Of a stretch of DNA of 64,000 nt, positions 8,231 through 18,602 are shown piece by piece; within the stretch, counting starts at the first letter, position 1, and each line of letters opens with the position of its first letter. The translations under genes and the position numbers were made by a program. The notes below the pieces were generated by a model. That model was given only the letters and a program-made list of their open reading frames with translations, searched no databases and was not told the origin of the DNA. Origin of the DNA: Bacteroidetes bacterium HGW-Bacteroidetes-5 (GTDB lineage Bacteria > Bacteroidota > Bacteroidia > Bacteroidales > UBA932); NCBI GenBank assembly GCA_002842515.1, contig PHDC01000002.1:190744-254743 (forward strand), in the 5' to 3' direction.

Positions 8231-9502
8231 GCTTTTTAACAACTTTGTAAGTTCCCACGCTTGAACGTGGCGTATTCCTTGATTAGATGGCATATTTACA
8301 TCGTCAAGTGATACGACAAATTTTTCGTAATTGTCTTGAATAGCCTCCAAAGAGGCGTATTCACGTCGCGCGGTTTGCTCATCTGCAAGAATATAGGCTA
8401 CTTGCAAATATATAACTCTGTCGCCTTTTTTTGCTACAAAATCGACCTCTTTATCCCGCATAGCACCCACATAAACCTCGTATCCGGTTCGGTGAAGCTC
8501 CAAATAGACGATATTCTCTAATTTGTATCCGAGGCCATAACCAAACCCGGGATAGAGATAATTCTTAAACGAAAGGTCGTTGATGTAATATTTGCAGATG
8601 CCGGAGATTGTCTCTTTGCCTCGGATGTCATAACGCTCGACCCGATGAACAAGAAACGCATCCTCTATATATCCGATGTAATTGGCAACTGTGTCGTAGG
8701 TTGTTTTGCGCCCGTTACTTTTGAAATAGTTAGCAATATTGTTTATTGACATTAAAGTTGAGGCATTGTTGACCTGATATATGAATATCTCTTCCAATAA
8801 CTTTGGGTCCTTGATGCTGTGTCGCTGAATTATATCTCTAAGCAGAACTGTATCCTTTATGGCAGATATATAGTTGCGTTTTGTCTCGTCGTTCCCAAGC
8901 TTAAAAAGTTCCGGCAATGCTCCGCTCTCCATATATTCCAGATAACTTTGTTTCCCGGGATCCTTTTTAGTTATGCCTGTATATTCAGAAAAGCTGAACG
9001 GGAGTATCTCAAAATTTACATATCGACCGGAAAGCAGTGTAGCAAGCTCTCCGGATAACATTTTTGAATTGGACCCGCTTATAAATATCTCATAACTATC
9101 TACATAATCTTGTGAATAGGAGTTTACGAATTGTTCCCACTCCCGGATGTTTTGTATTTCATCAATGAACAACCAAATTTTCCCGGTGGGTTTGAGTCTC
9201 TCTTTATATAGTTTCACCAAAGTGTCCAGCTCTTTATAGTCACTTATAAAGTCGAAATCTGTAAACTCTTTATTAATATAGAGGATATTATGCAGATTCA
9301 CTCCCTCTTCAATGAGCCGATGTGCAATTTGACGTAAAATATAACTTTTACCTACACGGCGTTGCCCGACAAGTACTTTAATCAACCTATTGCCGGTCGA
9401 ATCAAATATCTTATCTGTATAATCCTTACGAGGAAACCCAAGTTCAGGAACATTGCCATTCCAGAAATTATACTTTTCTAAAGCTGCGAATTTATCTTCC
9501 AT
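8228..9502 (-). CDS. AAA_14/DUF4143 ATP-binding protein
   Basis: GQRRVGKS, FIDEIQ, ISGSNS, KEVDFVA (PD-(D/E)xK-like C-terminus). Confidence 0.9.
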   Translation of the reverse strand: MEDKFAALEKYNFWNGNVPELGFPRKDYTDKIFDSTGNRLIKVLVGQRRVGKSYILRQIAHRLIEEGVNLHNILYINKEFTDFDFISDYKELDTLVKLYKERLKPTGKIWLFIDEIQNIREWEQFVNSYSQDYVDSYEIFISGSNSKMLSGELATLLSGRYVNFEILPFSFSEYTGITKKDPGKQSYLEYMESGALPELFKLGNDETKRNYISAIKDTVLLRDIIQRHSIKDPKLLEEIFIYQVNNASTLMSINNIANYFKSNGRKTTYDTVANYIGYIEDAFLVHRVERYDIRGKETISGICKYYINDLSFKNYLYPGFGYGLGYKLENIVYLELHRTGYEVYVGAMRDKEVDFVAKKGDRVIYLQVAYILADEQTARREYASLEAIQDNYEKFVVSLDDVNMPSNQGIRHVQAWELTKLLKS

Positions 9503-9583
9503 ACTCGAATTATTTCACACAAATATAATAATATTCTTTTATACTCGAACAATATTATAGACATCTCTTTTTTTGAGAGTTTT

Positions 9584-9690
9584 ATCTCAGAGCTGTAGTG
9601 CCAATTTGCTTAATATCACGGAATTAATATAAATACCGTATTTGATGTAAGTATTTTAAAATCTGATGTTTGGCACTACAGCTCTGAGAT
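9584..9690. repeat. Family-C inverted-repeat element (21-bp arms)
   Basis: ATCTCAGAGCTGTAGTGCCAA...TTGGCACTACAGCTCTGAGAT; relative at 27289-27394. Confidence 0.85.
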
Positions 9691-10564
9691 GAATGCTGTC
9701 ACCCAGGCAACTCCGGTCAGTGGCGTCGCCTACACCCTTGCCGGCCTCACAGGAACAACAAAAGAGGCGGTAGTAACTCTTACATCTGCGGCCACACTTA
9801 CCGCCACCAACGCCGACACTAAGGTATATATGGTTATCAACCCGGGTACACCCACCGGTAGCTGCCTTGTAGGGGTATCAACAGATGGCACCACCTGGAA
9901 ATATCTCGAAAAAGCAGTCCCTGTGGGCGGCTTTAAGCGGGGTGTCAAATATGTGGTTACAATAGACGCTGCTACGGCAACTCTTGAGAATGTAGTAGTC
10001 GGGGGTGCCGGTAAGATATGGATGGACAGAAACTTAGGAGCCACGCGGGTTGCTACAAGCAGCACCGATGCAGAAGCTTACGGAGATCTATACCAATGGG
10101 GAAGACTCTCCGATGGGCATCAGATAAGAACATCCGGAACCACAACAACATTAGCAGACTCCGATACTCCGGGACATAATAATTTTATAAGATCCTCTTC
10201 TCTACCTATCGATTGGCGCGACCCGCAAAACGACAACTTATGGCAAGGTGTGAGCGGTACCAACAACCCGTGCCCAAGCGGTTTTAGAGTTCCTACAGAA
10301 ACTGAACTAAATGATGAGCGACTAAAGTGAAGCACCAATAATCCAGCAGGGGCTTTTGACTCGCCACTTAAACTCCCCGTAGCAGGCATGCGCAACTACT
10401 CCTCTGGTTCGCTCGACTATGTTAGTTACTAAGGCATGTACTGGAGTAGTACCGTAAGCGGCTCCAACTCACGCTACCTGTTCTTCCAGAATAACTACTT
10501 CAATGCCGAAATGCAATTTCACCTCCGTGCGAATGGCTTTTCTGTTCGCTGCGTTAAGGATTAA
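9689..10564 (+). pseudogene. 5'-truncated fimbrillin-type gene with C-terminal FISUMP (Fib_succ_major)-like domain and two in-frame stops
   Basis: WMDRNLGA, GDLYQWGR, NPCPSGFRVPT; reading continues past TGA 10328-10330 and a later TAA to YWSS..GFSVRCVKD*. Confidence 0.8.
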
Positions 10565-10690
10565 CTTTGCCAGTGTTTGATGAAACTATCTGACATACAA
10601 ATATCTACAAAACCCAGTTTTCCAATATTGGAAAACTGGGTTTTGTAACCACAAGAACAACAAACACATACATCAAACACTGGCAAAGTT
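10563..10690. mobile_element. Family-B1 MITE-like element, 128 bp, 20-bp perfect TIR and central perfect palindrome
   Basis: AACTTTGCCAGTGTTTGATG...CATCAAACACTGGCAAAGTT; palindrome 10607-10646; second 128-bp copy at 38621-38748. Mobility is inferred. Confidence 0.65.
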
Positions 10691-10812
10691 CAGTTTCAAA
10701 ATCTGGCAAAGGCCATTGATGATCTGTTTTTTTTTCTTAAATTCAAAGCAATTTTGTAAATAGGGCATAAAATTGCCCTGTTTTTCCATTACCTAATAAA
10801 AAACTTATTATT

Positions 10813-10953
10813 ATGGAACTCAACTTTGAGAACGAACGCACCCCAAAAGTGTATTCACCTCCGGTAATTGAGGTGATAAATATTAAGCTTGAGAAGGGAT
10901 TTGCAGCATCTTCCGATAATTGGAATGATGGTGGTGAATGGCCCGATGAATAG
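10813..10953 (+). CDS. 46-aa peptide, putative RiPP-like precursor with YxxP leader motif
   Basis: Below the ORF-track cutoff. MELNFENERTPKVYSPPVIEVINIKLEKGFAASSDNWNDGGEWPDE*; AT-rich start context, 30 bp before the fimbrillin ATG. Confidence 0.7.
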   Translation: MELNFENERTPKVYSPPVIEVINIKLEKGFAASSDNWNDGGEWPDE

Positions 10954-10983
10954 TTGCTTTGCAGATTTTTAAATTTAAAGAAA

Positions 10984-13071
10984 ATGTTTAAAATTTCAAA
11001 AAGGAGTCTGCAATTGATAATTATCATTGTCACTCCGTTTGCTTGCGCAAAAGAGACGCAAAACAGCCCCGAAGATCCTTTGAAAAATACAATTAAAATT
11101 ATTGGTGCAGATGCATCTGCCGGTAGCGAGACTAAAACCACGCTTGATGGCTTTGTTACCTCCTGGGTTGCAGGAGATCAGGCGGGCATATTCTCTCCAA
11201 ATGCACGTCAAAGTGCCGGCGGTTCTGTTGGGGTAGCCAATCGTGTTTACACTGCGCAATCTAGTGCAACCGTATCTGATTTTACCGGTGAAATTTACTG
11301 GGGCACAGGTGCTCACAGTTTTTATGCCTACTATCCTCACGCAGCAGGTGCGTTTACGGCCGGGGTTGTCCCGGTTTCGGTACCTGCCAATCAGACTCAG
11401 GTTGGCACAAGCAGTACTCATCTATCTGCCTACGATATGATGGTAGCCACACCTGTTACAAACTTGGACCCAGGAACAGAAGATAATCCGGCTGTCGTCA
11501 ACTTGAGATTCAACCACCTTTTTGCACTGCTGGATTTTAGAATTGCCTCTATATCTGATAAAACAATCAAAGAGGTAGAACTGGTAGCTCCAGGAGGAAC
11601 CAATATTTATATCTCCGGCACTGTAGATATTACCCAGGCGACTCCCGCTTCCGGAGTCTCGTATAATATTGCAGATCCTACCGGGGGCAATAGTGTAAAA
11701 GTAACAATTACAGGAGGTCTGGACCCAACAGACGACTACAATACAACCCCGGGTGTCTTTATGATGGTTAATCCCGGCAACTATACCGGGCAAACTTTTA
11801 CAATCAACATAAAGACCAATGACGATGTAGTTTACACTCAAACCAGGGCGGGTACAGAGTTTAAACGGGGAACCCGCTATCTTGTAAAGTTCAACGATGA
11901 GCTGGGTGCCTCTCCTGTGGGTCTGGACGGAGTGGCAAACTGCTACATAATCAACCCAAGAGATCTTAAAACAACTTTTACTTTCCCAATAACTCAGAGT
12001 AATAACTACTGGTCGGTTGCACAATATGGAAATTTGCCAGCTAATGTGATTGATGCAGATGATAAATGGGTTGCTTCTGTTATTTGGCAGGAGAAGAGCA
12101 AACTTGTGACTCTGGTAGACGGAGGCATGGGTACCGGTTCCGGAGGTCAGGTAAAGGTTTTGGTAGATCCCGGTAAGTTTGGTAACGTGCTTGTTGGAAT
12201 AAAACGCGATACAGATGGTAACGGGACACCGGACGAAGGTGCCTCATATCTATGGAGCTGGCATCTTTGGATAACCAACTACAATCCTAATGACGCTGTT
12301 ACCAAGCAAGCCGGCGTTTACGCCTATCCTGTAACCGGAGGTAATGTTCACAGATACAGAGACAACGCCTATAATGTTTGGGAGACTGATTTTACAAACA
12401 GTTTTATTATGGACAGATATCTTGGTGCTGAGAGTGCAGATGTTCCATCTTATGAAGTTGACAGAGGTTACTATGGAGTACTCCACTATCAATTCGGCAG
12501 AAAGGATCCTTTTCCGGCTATTGTAAGTTTATATGATGGCTCCAATAGTTTAATACCCTCACCAATATCTTTCCTCCCCGGTCCAGTTACAAAAAATGTA
12601 GCTAACCAGAACCCAACTCAGTTTATATATGGACCTTCCAACTGGTGGAATGATGCCAGAATAGATAATACTCTTTGGCAGGGTTTCGAAGCATCAGCTT
12701 CTATAAAACCAATTCTGGACCCTTGTCCTGCCGGTTGGAGAGTGGCACAAACCAATTTACTTTGGAATGATTTTGATAATGTCAAACTTTGGATTGACAA
12801 TATGGGAACCTCATTTCATATGTGGAACTATATTACAGCCGGTGCAAAATATCCGGCTTATGGTGCTAGAGATTATTTAACTGGGAATCTCTACAGCGTC
12901 ACTTGGCAAGCAACAGTCTGGTCTGCATACTCTTTCTATAATGCTGGGAGTGTAGGTTACGGTGGAAGAAATCTTGTAACAAATGTAAGTGGAAGTCCTA
13001 GTGCCAGCACTGTGTCATTTATGAATGGTAGCCAACGCAGTAGTGGCCACTCTATAAGATGCATTAAATAA
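10984..13071 (+). CDS. Fimbrillin-family (type V pilin-like) lipoprotein with C-terminal FISUMP-like domain
   Basis: Lipoprotein signal (..VTPFAC), WVAGDQAGIF, YAYYP, YDMMVA, YLWSWHLWIT, MDRYLGA, YQFGRKDPF, DPCPAGWRV, GHSIRCIK. Confidence 0.8.
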   Translation: MFKISKRSLQLIIIIVTPFACAKETQNSPEDPLKNTIKIIGADASAGSETKTTLDGFVTSWVAGDQAGIFSPNARQSAGGSVGVANRVYTAQSSATVSDFTGEIYWGTGAHSFYAYYPHAAGAFTAGVVPVSVPANQTQVGTSSTHLSAYDMMVATPVTNLDPGTEDNPAVVNLRFNHLFALLDFRIASISDKTIKEVELVAPGGTNIYISGTVDITQATPASGVSYNIADPTGGNSVKVTITGGLDPTDDYNTTPGVFMMVNPGNYTGQTFTINIKTNDDVVYTQTRAGTEFKRGTRYLVKFNDELGASPVGLDGVANCYIINPRDLKTTFTFPITQSNNYWSVAQYGNLPANVIDADDKWVASVIWQEKSKLVTLVDGGMGTGSGGQVKVLVDPGKFGNVLVGIKRDTDGNGTPDEGASYLWSWHLWITNYNPNDAVTKQAGVYAYPVTGGNVHRYRDNAYNVWETDFTNSFIMDRYLGAESADVPSYEVDRGYYGVLHYQFGRKDPFPAIVSLYDGSNSLIPSPISFLPGPVTKNVANQNPTQFIYGPSNWWNDARIDNTLWQGFEASASIKPILDPCPAGWRVAQTNLLWNDFDNVKLWIDNMGTSFHMWNYITAGAKYPAYGARDYLTGNLYSVTWQATVWSAYSFYNAGSVGYGGRNLVTNVSGSPSASTVSFMNGSQRSSGHSIRCIK

Positions 13072-13086
13072 CAATGAGGGTTTACA

Positions 13087-13356
13087 ATGAGGATTTTACA
13101 GAATTGCAAGCTGCGTGATATTGCGGGTGAGAAGATGCTCATTGTAAAGAGCAATGGCAAGCTGGATTTCACAAAGGTGGTTTTAATGAACAGCAGTGCC
13201 CAGCTTCTTTACAATGAGCTTAAAGATAAGAGTTTTACATCTGCAGATGCTGCTGCGTTGCTTGTGAACAGCTACGGTATAGATGCTGCAGATGCAGTGC
13301 GGGACTCCTCAAATTGGCTTGAGTCTATGACCAAGGCCGGGCTGATTACTGAGTGA
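13087..13356 (+). CDS. PqqD-family RiPP recognition element (RRE)
   Basis: 89 aa; LRDIAGE..LMNSSAQLLYNEL..LLVNSYGI..D..NWLESMTKAGLI. Confidence 0.85.
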   Translation: MRILQNCKLRDIAGEKMLIVKSNGKLDFTKVVLMNSSAQLLYNELKDKSFTSADAAALLVNSYGIDAADAVRDSSNWLESMTKAGLITE

Positions 13357-13421
13357 TAACTGATTATGGCCTGGCAGATTAGCGATTATGGCCGGGCGGA
13401 TTACCGATTAAGGGATAATAT

Positions 13422-14534
13422 ATGGAGTTTACAATTACAGAGAGGAGATTACTCTATCTGGTTCGCGGGGCACTGAATGGTGTTGTCGAGGGGGGTGAGG
13501 GCGATCTTTTCTCTTCAATGTCGCACAGTGAGTGGCGCAGGCTGCTGGAAGCCGCTGCGAAGCAGGGGGTTACAGCCGTTGCTGCAGATGGTATGTGCAA
13601 GGGGGTTCGGGAGTTATTGCCAAAGGATATTGCCGTGCGATGGTTTTTGAGTGTAGATACCATTGAGAAGCGTTACCAAAGGCAGATGGAGGTTCTTGGG
13701 GAGTTGAGAGCTCTTTTTGCCAAATCACAGATTGAGGTTTTGGTGCTAAAGGGTGCCACACTCGCTGCCCTATACCCTATTAGTGAACACAGGGAGTGTG
13801 GCGATATAGATATCTTCCTGTATGAGAATTATGAGAAGGGTAATCTGGTTGTTGATAGAATGGGAATTACGGTTGACAAAAAAGGGTTTAAACACTCCAA
13901 ATTTTTCTTTAAAGGGATAGATATAGAGAATCACAAGTCGCTCCTCAATGTGGCTAATAATAGATACGACAGAGAGATAGAGAGACATCTGCGCAGGATG
14001 TTGGAAGATGGTAAGATTGAAGATTTTCATCTGCTTTTTAACATCCGCCACACCATTGTCCATTTTTTAAGTTCCGGAGTTGTTTTAAGACACTTTACAG
14101 ATCTTTATCTGCTCCTTAAACACTACTGCAGCAACCAAGAGTGTGCGGGCAGGCTGCCAGGGATTTTTGAGATTCTTTCTAAGCAGGGTCAGTTAAGGCT
14201 TTTCACCGCTTTTGTACATTTGATTAATGAGTGTTTTGACGAGACAGGGGTAGAAAAACATCTGCAAAGCTTTTACAAAGAGTGTTCAATAGAGCCTGTG
14301 GGTGAAGATGTTGCCCGCAAGATTTACGGGGATACATTTGTTAAGATCGCTAATAGGAGAGATATCTCCGATTTGTTGCAGATGAATGTTTTGCAGAGGA
14401 AGGTTGTGGGGGCTAAAAATATGATGGAGTTAAAGTGGAAATACGATCTTATTGAGAGGGGCTATTTTGCCCGTGAGTTTCTAAAGCGCATTGGATATGC
14501 ATTTAAACTATACAACCCTAAAGTCTCTCTTTAG
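13422..14534 (+). CDS. Nucleotidyltransferase family protein (NTP_transf_5 type)
   Basis: [24 protein letters not shown] motifs. Confidence 0.85.
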   Translation: MEFTITERRLLYLVRGALNGVVEGGEGDLFSSMSHSEWRRLLEAAAKQGVTAVAADGMCKGVRELLPKDIAVRWFLSVDTIEKRYQRQMEVLGELRALFAKSQIEVLVLKGATLAALYPISEHRECGDIDIFLYENYEKGNLVVDRMGITVDKKGFKHSKFFFKGIDIENHKSLLNVANNRYDREIERHLRRMLEDGKIEDFHLLFNIRHTIVHFLSSGVVLRHFTDLYLLLKHYCSNQECAGRLPGIFEILSKQGQLRLFTAFVHLINECFDETGVEKHLQSFYKECSIEPVGEDVARKIYGDTFVKIANRRDISDLLQMNVLQRKVVGAKNMMELKWKYDLIERGYFAREFLKRIGYAFKLYNPKVSL

Positions 14535-16143
14535 AGAGGCCAACTCTTTTTGGCCGGGCAAAGCAAAATGGGCCGTAGCCCTGCTTGCTGTTGTGGGCTC
14601 CCTGCTGGAGTTGGCCGGAGTTGCCGTTATGTTTAGGCTGCTGCTCTATGTTATAGAATCGGGTAGTTATGCTATACTTGTAGCTGCGGGCTCTCTACTT
14701 TTCTTTGCACTCAAGAACCTGGCCCTTCATAAAATACAGCTTTTTAGGAGCCGCAAGCTTCAGGAGCTATACGGCGCACACTCTGTAAGGCTCTACGAAC
14801 ACTATTTTTGTAAGGGGTTCGCTTTTATTAAAGAGCAGGGAGCCTCTGCGCTCTCGCACAATGTAAACTCTGTTTGCTACACCTTTGTTTTTGGGTATGT
14901 AAATGCAATTGTCTCTCTTCTTGGAGATTATCTGCTTATCCTGCTCATTTTTGGTGTGTTGGTTTGGGTAAATCCGATTGCTGCTATTGCAGAGATTGTG
15001 ATTTTTGTACCTATTGTCATTTTCTTTGCCGGGTTTACCTCAGAGAGGTTGCGCAGATCCGGAAAGGAGGATAATATTGCCAAGAGAAAGCAGTGGAAGA
15101 TAACTGCAGAGACCTTTCGTGGGTACCCGGATATATTAGTCGGCGGTGCTTATAGCGAGTTTTGCAGAACTTTTAAGAGTGGCATTGAGCAGATCTCCGG
15201 AAACAGATTGTATGCAGAGAGGTTGAAGAGCATCTCCGGCCGCTCTGTAGAGATGGGTATTGTGGCAGTAATTGCCGGGCTTATTGTTGTATCTGCAGTT
15301 GCCTACCCGGGAAAGCCTCTCTCCGACTTTCTGATTCCGGTTGCAGCAATTTTTACTGCCGCAACTCTTAAGTTATTACCTGCTTTTCGCTCGGTTCTAT
15401 CTAACATTAATACACTAAAAAACACCTCATTCGCTCTGGATGTGGTTCGTACCGGCATTGAGGAGCCTGCTTTAATAGAGGGTAAGCTTGAGTGTTTGGC
15501 ATTTGAATCTCTGGAGTTTAAGGGTGTAGATTTCTCTTTTGGAGATGGCAGGGAGGTGTTAAAGGGGTTTTCGATGAAGGTGGGCAAGGGCGAGCGTGTG
15601 GGCATCCGAGGACTCTCGGGGTCGGGCAAGAGTACCCTTATGCTTCTTATCCTTGGAATCTACAAACCTCAGGGTGGAGAGATTCTTCTAAACGGGGTTG
15701 GGCTGGAGTTGTACAGTCTCAAAAGTTGGCACAAGCTCACCGGGTATGTCTCTCAGGAGACCTATCTTCTGGATGCCACGCTCGCCCGCAATATCACCTT
15801 TGAGACAGATCTTATGACACCCCGGGTGCTAGAGGTTATAAAGATGGTATCGCTTGGAGATTTTGTCTCTAGGGTTGATTGGGCAGATAGCTGGAGGCCG
15901 GGTGAAGGGGGGCTGATGCTCTCCGGTGGTGAAAAACAGCGTCTGGCAATCGCACGGGCTCTCTACAAAAAAGCCGATCTGTTGCTGCTGGATGAGGCAA
16001 CATCTGCACTCGACAACGAAACCGAGCTAAAGATAATCGAGACCTTAACAGGACTAAAAAAGACAATAATAATAGTCTCTCACAGAGAGAAGATGCTTGA
16101 GATATGCAACACGATAACAGAGGTAGTGCCCATTACCACATAG
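14497..16143 (+). CDS. ABC exporter, fused TMD-NBD
   Basis: [28 protein letters not shown]; N-terminal transmembrane segments. Confidence 0.9.
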   Translation: MHLNYTTLKSLFREANSFWPGKAKWAVALLAVVGSLLELAGVAVMFRLLLYVIESGSYAILVAAGSLLFFALKNLALHKIQLFRSRKLQELYGAHSVRLYEHYFCKGFAFIKEQGASALSHNVNSVCYTFVFGYVNAIVSLLGDYLLILLIFGVLVWVNPIAAIAEIVIFVPIVIFFAGFTSERLRRSGKEDNIAKRKQWKITAETFRGYPDILVGGAYSEFCRTFKSGIEQISGNRLYAERLKSISGRSVEMGIVAVIAGLIVVSAVAYPGKPLSDFLIPVAAIFTAATLKLLPAFRSVLSNINTLKNTSFALDVVRTGIEEPALIEGKLECLAFESLEFKGVDFSFGDGREVLKGFSMKVGKGERVGIRGLSGSGKSTLMLLILGIYKPQGGEILLNGVGLELYSLKSWHKLTGYVSQETYLLDATLARNITFETDLMTPRVLEVIKMVSLGDFVSRVDWADSWRPGEGGLMLSGGEKQRLAIARALYKKADLLLLDEATSALDNETELKIIETLTGLKKTIIIVSHREKMLEICNTITEVVPITT

Positions 16144-17081
16144 GTGGCATTCATATAGCTTTAGATTACCCCCACTCCCTTCCAGCCGGCTCCAGGCTGG
16201 CCGGTTTCTCCATATTCAAGCACAATCCAGCCCCTAATTCCACCCAAAACTCCACCCCAAACTCCACCCCGAATTCCATTCCAAATTCCACCCCGAATTC
16301 CATCCCAAATTCAATCCCGGACATCAATATAGAATTTCGCACAACCGACCAGCTACCCGGCGGCGGGCCCGCCGGCGGGCCGGGCACTGCGCCCGACGAC
16401 TCTCCCCTAACCTGTATGGAGGACGGCACTTACTTTATGCGGTTGAAGAACAACGGCTTGGCAGAGGGTGAAATTAGAGCCAAATTATCCGCTAAAGAGA
16501 ACAAAGTTATTTGCGACTTGGTGGGAGATATCTCTCCAGGCACTCTGGCTTTTGCACTTTGGTTAATATATGCATTTTACGGACTGGGAAAAATGAAGGT
16601 TCCTGTACACTCATCTGCAGTGGTTTGCAATAAATCTGCAATCCTCTTTCTCGGAGAGTCCGGCACCGGTAAAAGTACCCAGGTTTCTCTCTGGTTAAGG
16701 CACATTGCACAAACCAAAGCGCTCAACGACGATAGCCCCATTGTTTGCATTGATGCAGATGGAAAAGTCTATGCTCACGGCTCTCCCTGGAGCGGTAAAG
16801 GGCGGGTCTATCTTAACGAGAGTTACCCTGTGGCAGCATTTGTCCGTCTAGAACAGAGCAGCAAAAATCACATCCAAAGGTTGAACAAACTGGAGGCCTT
16901 TGTGGCTCTGTTCCCCTCTTTTCCTCCCCAGTTAACCGGGTTTGACCATTTTGAGGAGATTGCCTGCAATCTGATATCTTCATTTATAAGCGCCGTACCT
17001 GTCTACAAACTAAGCTGCCGCCCATTTGCAGATTCCGCAATCTTAACCCACTCCACAATTCTTAATAGCAGCCTGGTTTAA
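16104..17081 (+). CDS. HPr-kinase-related/PEPCK-like P-loop kinase
   Basis: [33 protein letters not shown]; contains a 12-bp VNTR at 16236-16319. Confidence 0.75.
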   Translation: MQHDNRGSAHYHIGGIHIALDYPHSLPAGSRLAGFSIFKHNPAPNSTQNSTPNSTPNSIPNSTPNSIPNSIPDINIEFRTTDQLPGGGPAGGPGTAPDDSPLTCMEDGTYFMRLKNNGLAEGEIRAKLSAKENKVICDLVGDISPGTLAFALWLIYAFYGLGKMKVPVHSSAVVCNKSAILFLGESGTGKSTQVSLWLRHIAQTKALNDDSPIVCIDADGKVYAHGSPWSGKGRVYLNESYPVAAFVRLEQSSKNHIQRLNKLEAFVALFPSFPPQLTGFDHFEEIACNLISSFISAVPVYKLSCRPFADSAILTHSTILNSSLV

Positions 17082-17094
17082 GATATATTATTTG

Positions 17095-17200
17095 AGAGTT
17101 TTAAGTGAGAGTATATGAGAGATTAAAGGAGAGTTTTAAGTGAGAGTTTTAAGTGAGAGTTTTAAGCGAGAGTTTTAAGTGAGAGTTTTAAGTGAGAAAA
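17095..17200 (+). repeat. 13-bp tandem repeat (GAGAGTTTTAAGT)
   Basis: About six copies plus degenerate units; continues as 12-bp units into the next ORF. Confidence 0.9.
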
Positions 17201-17201
17201 T

Positions 17202-17699
17202 ATGAGAGGGTTTATGAGAAAGCTTGTGAGAAAATTTGGAAGAAAACTTGTGAGAGTACTTGTTGGCAAGAGGTTGCCCAAAGGTTGCAAGGAGATAGAG
17301 AACTCCGTTGCATTCAAAATTGTTGAGGAGAGTCTTAATGAGGGTGTGCCGGTGAAGATGACCGTAAGAGGGGATAGTATGTTTCCAACTCTTGCCGGAG
17401 GTAAAGATCAAGTCACTCTTCACCCATTTACCGAGAAAGAGTCTCTCTCTGTTGGCGATGTGGTACTATTCAGATACAAAAAAGGGTATCTATTGCACAG
17501 AGTTATTGAGATACCTAATAGTGAATCAAAAATTCCCGGGGCAGACTCCCCCGTATATCTCAAAGGAGACGCACTCAACACAATCGAGATGGCAACCATA
17601 AGGGACATCCTGGCCATTGCCCACTTTAAACAACACTCCCCCACCTCCCTTTTTTGGAAAAGAACTGCCAGTGTTTTGAGAAAAGTGCTAATAATCTGA
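17202..17699 (+). CDS. S24/S26-family serine peptidase
   Basis: VRGDSMFPTL, GDVVLF, LLHRVI, LKGD; start uncertain (repeat-derived N-terminus); C-terminus read from a B2 element. Confidence 0.75.
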   Translation: MRGFMRKLVRKFGRKLVRVLVGKRLPKGCKEIENSVAFKIVEESLNEGVPVKMTVRGDSMFPTLAGGKDQVTLHPFTEKESLSVGDVVLFRYKKGYLLHRVIEIPNSESKIPGADSPVYLKGDALNTIEMATIRDILAIAHFKQHSPTSLFWKRTASVLRKVLII

Positions 17700-17784
17700 T
17701 ACTTAGAAATTCCGATTTTAATATTCTAATAGAATCCAAATTTTATATCATTGATAACCTGGCACTTACACAGAACACTGGCAG
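17665..17784. repeat. Family-B2 120-bp inverted-repeat element, diverged copy
   Basis: CTGCCAGTGTTTTG...AACACTGGCAG; same length as 26987-27106 and 38399-38518. Confidence 0.7.
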
Positions 17785-17792
17785 TTGAAATT

Positions 17793-17874
17793 CGCGCAGC
17801 AGACCACAGCCACCCGCGCAGCGGACAACACACCTGCGAAGCAGACCGCACACTGGCAAAGTTTGTTTTGTTTT
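17793..17874 (+). repeat. GNA mini-hairpin array ending in a lone B1-type arm
   Basis: CCGC-GCA-GCGG, CTGC-GAA-GCAG; CACTGGCAAAGTTT at 17861-17874. Confidence 0.7.
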
Positions 17875-17886
17875 TTGGTATTTACT

Positions 17887-17916
17887 TTTGATAATTGGAA
17901 TTTATCTCTATTTTTG
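17887..17916 (+). promoter_or_regulatory. Bacteroidota housekeeping promoter for higBA
   Basis: TTTG-N18-TATTTTTG, close to the TTTG-N19-21-TAnnTTTG consensus. Confidence 0.55.
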
Positions 17917-17932
17917 TGTGAAATTAATTTGA

Positions 17933-18226
17933 ATGAGGATAATAACTTTCCGGAGGATTATGGAGTTTTCTTTAGTTTATGCAGATGCCGATATTGCTCT
18001 GCGTGAATGGTATAAAAAAACACAAAAGGCCAATTGGAGTTGCTATGCAGATATTAAAAAGAGTTTTAACAGTGCAGATGCCGTTGGAAATAGTCGTTTT
18101 GTGTTTAATATCAAGGGCAATAGTTATCGTCTTATAGCGATTGTTTTATTTAAAATGAAAACGGTCTATATCAGGTCTATCTGCACACATAGTGATTACG
18201 ATAAGATTGATGCAGCAAATATTTAA
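17933..18226 (+). CDS. higB: HigB-family toxin
   Basis: LREWYK..ANW..DIKKSFNSAD..RFVFNIKGNSYRLIA..YIRSICTHSDYDK. Confidence 0.9.
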   Translation: MRIITFRRIMEFSLVYADADIALREWYKKTQKANWSCYADIKKSFNSADAVGNSRFVFNIKGNSYRLIAIVLFKMKTVYIRSICTHSDYDKIDAANI

Positions 18227-18236
18227 TTTTTTAGAG

Positions 18237-18602
18237 ATGGCAACAATCAAAAACATAGAGCAATACGAGAAAACCTGTGAGCGGGTTGAGGAGCTTTTAG
18301 CGGTGGTAGACAATGAAACACCGGAAAGTGACAAGAATTATATTGAGCTGGAGCTTTTATCGGGTCTGGTTTCGGAGTATGAAGATGTTTATCTAACCGT
18401 CACATCGCCAACTCTTCCGGAGGTGCTTCGTTTGAGGATGGCAGAAATGGGCTTGAATCAGAGGGGTTTAGCAGGGTTACTTAATGTGAGTCCATCCAGA
18501 GTGAGCGAATATCTCAATGGCACTTGTGAACCAACACTAAAGGTGGCTCGGGAAATGGGTAAAAAGCTCGCAATTGACCCACATATTCTTCTGGGGATAT
18601 AA
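18237..18602 (+). CDS. higA: HigA-family antitoxin (XRE HTH)
   Basis: LELLSGLVSEYE..LRLRMAEMGLNQRGLAGLLNVSPSRVSEYLNG. Confidence 0.9.
   Translation: MATIKNIEQYEKTCERVEELLAVVDNETPESDKNYIELELLSGLVSEYEDVYLTVTSPTLPEVLRLRMAEMGLNQRGLAGLLNVSPSRVSEYLNGTCEPTLKVAREMGKKLAIDPHILLGI

Noticed and set aside
10813-17699. Canonical lasso peptide cluster
   Set aside because: No asparagine-synthetase-like cyclase and no transglutaminase-like B2 protease; kept as a non-lasso RiPP-like hypothesis.
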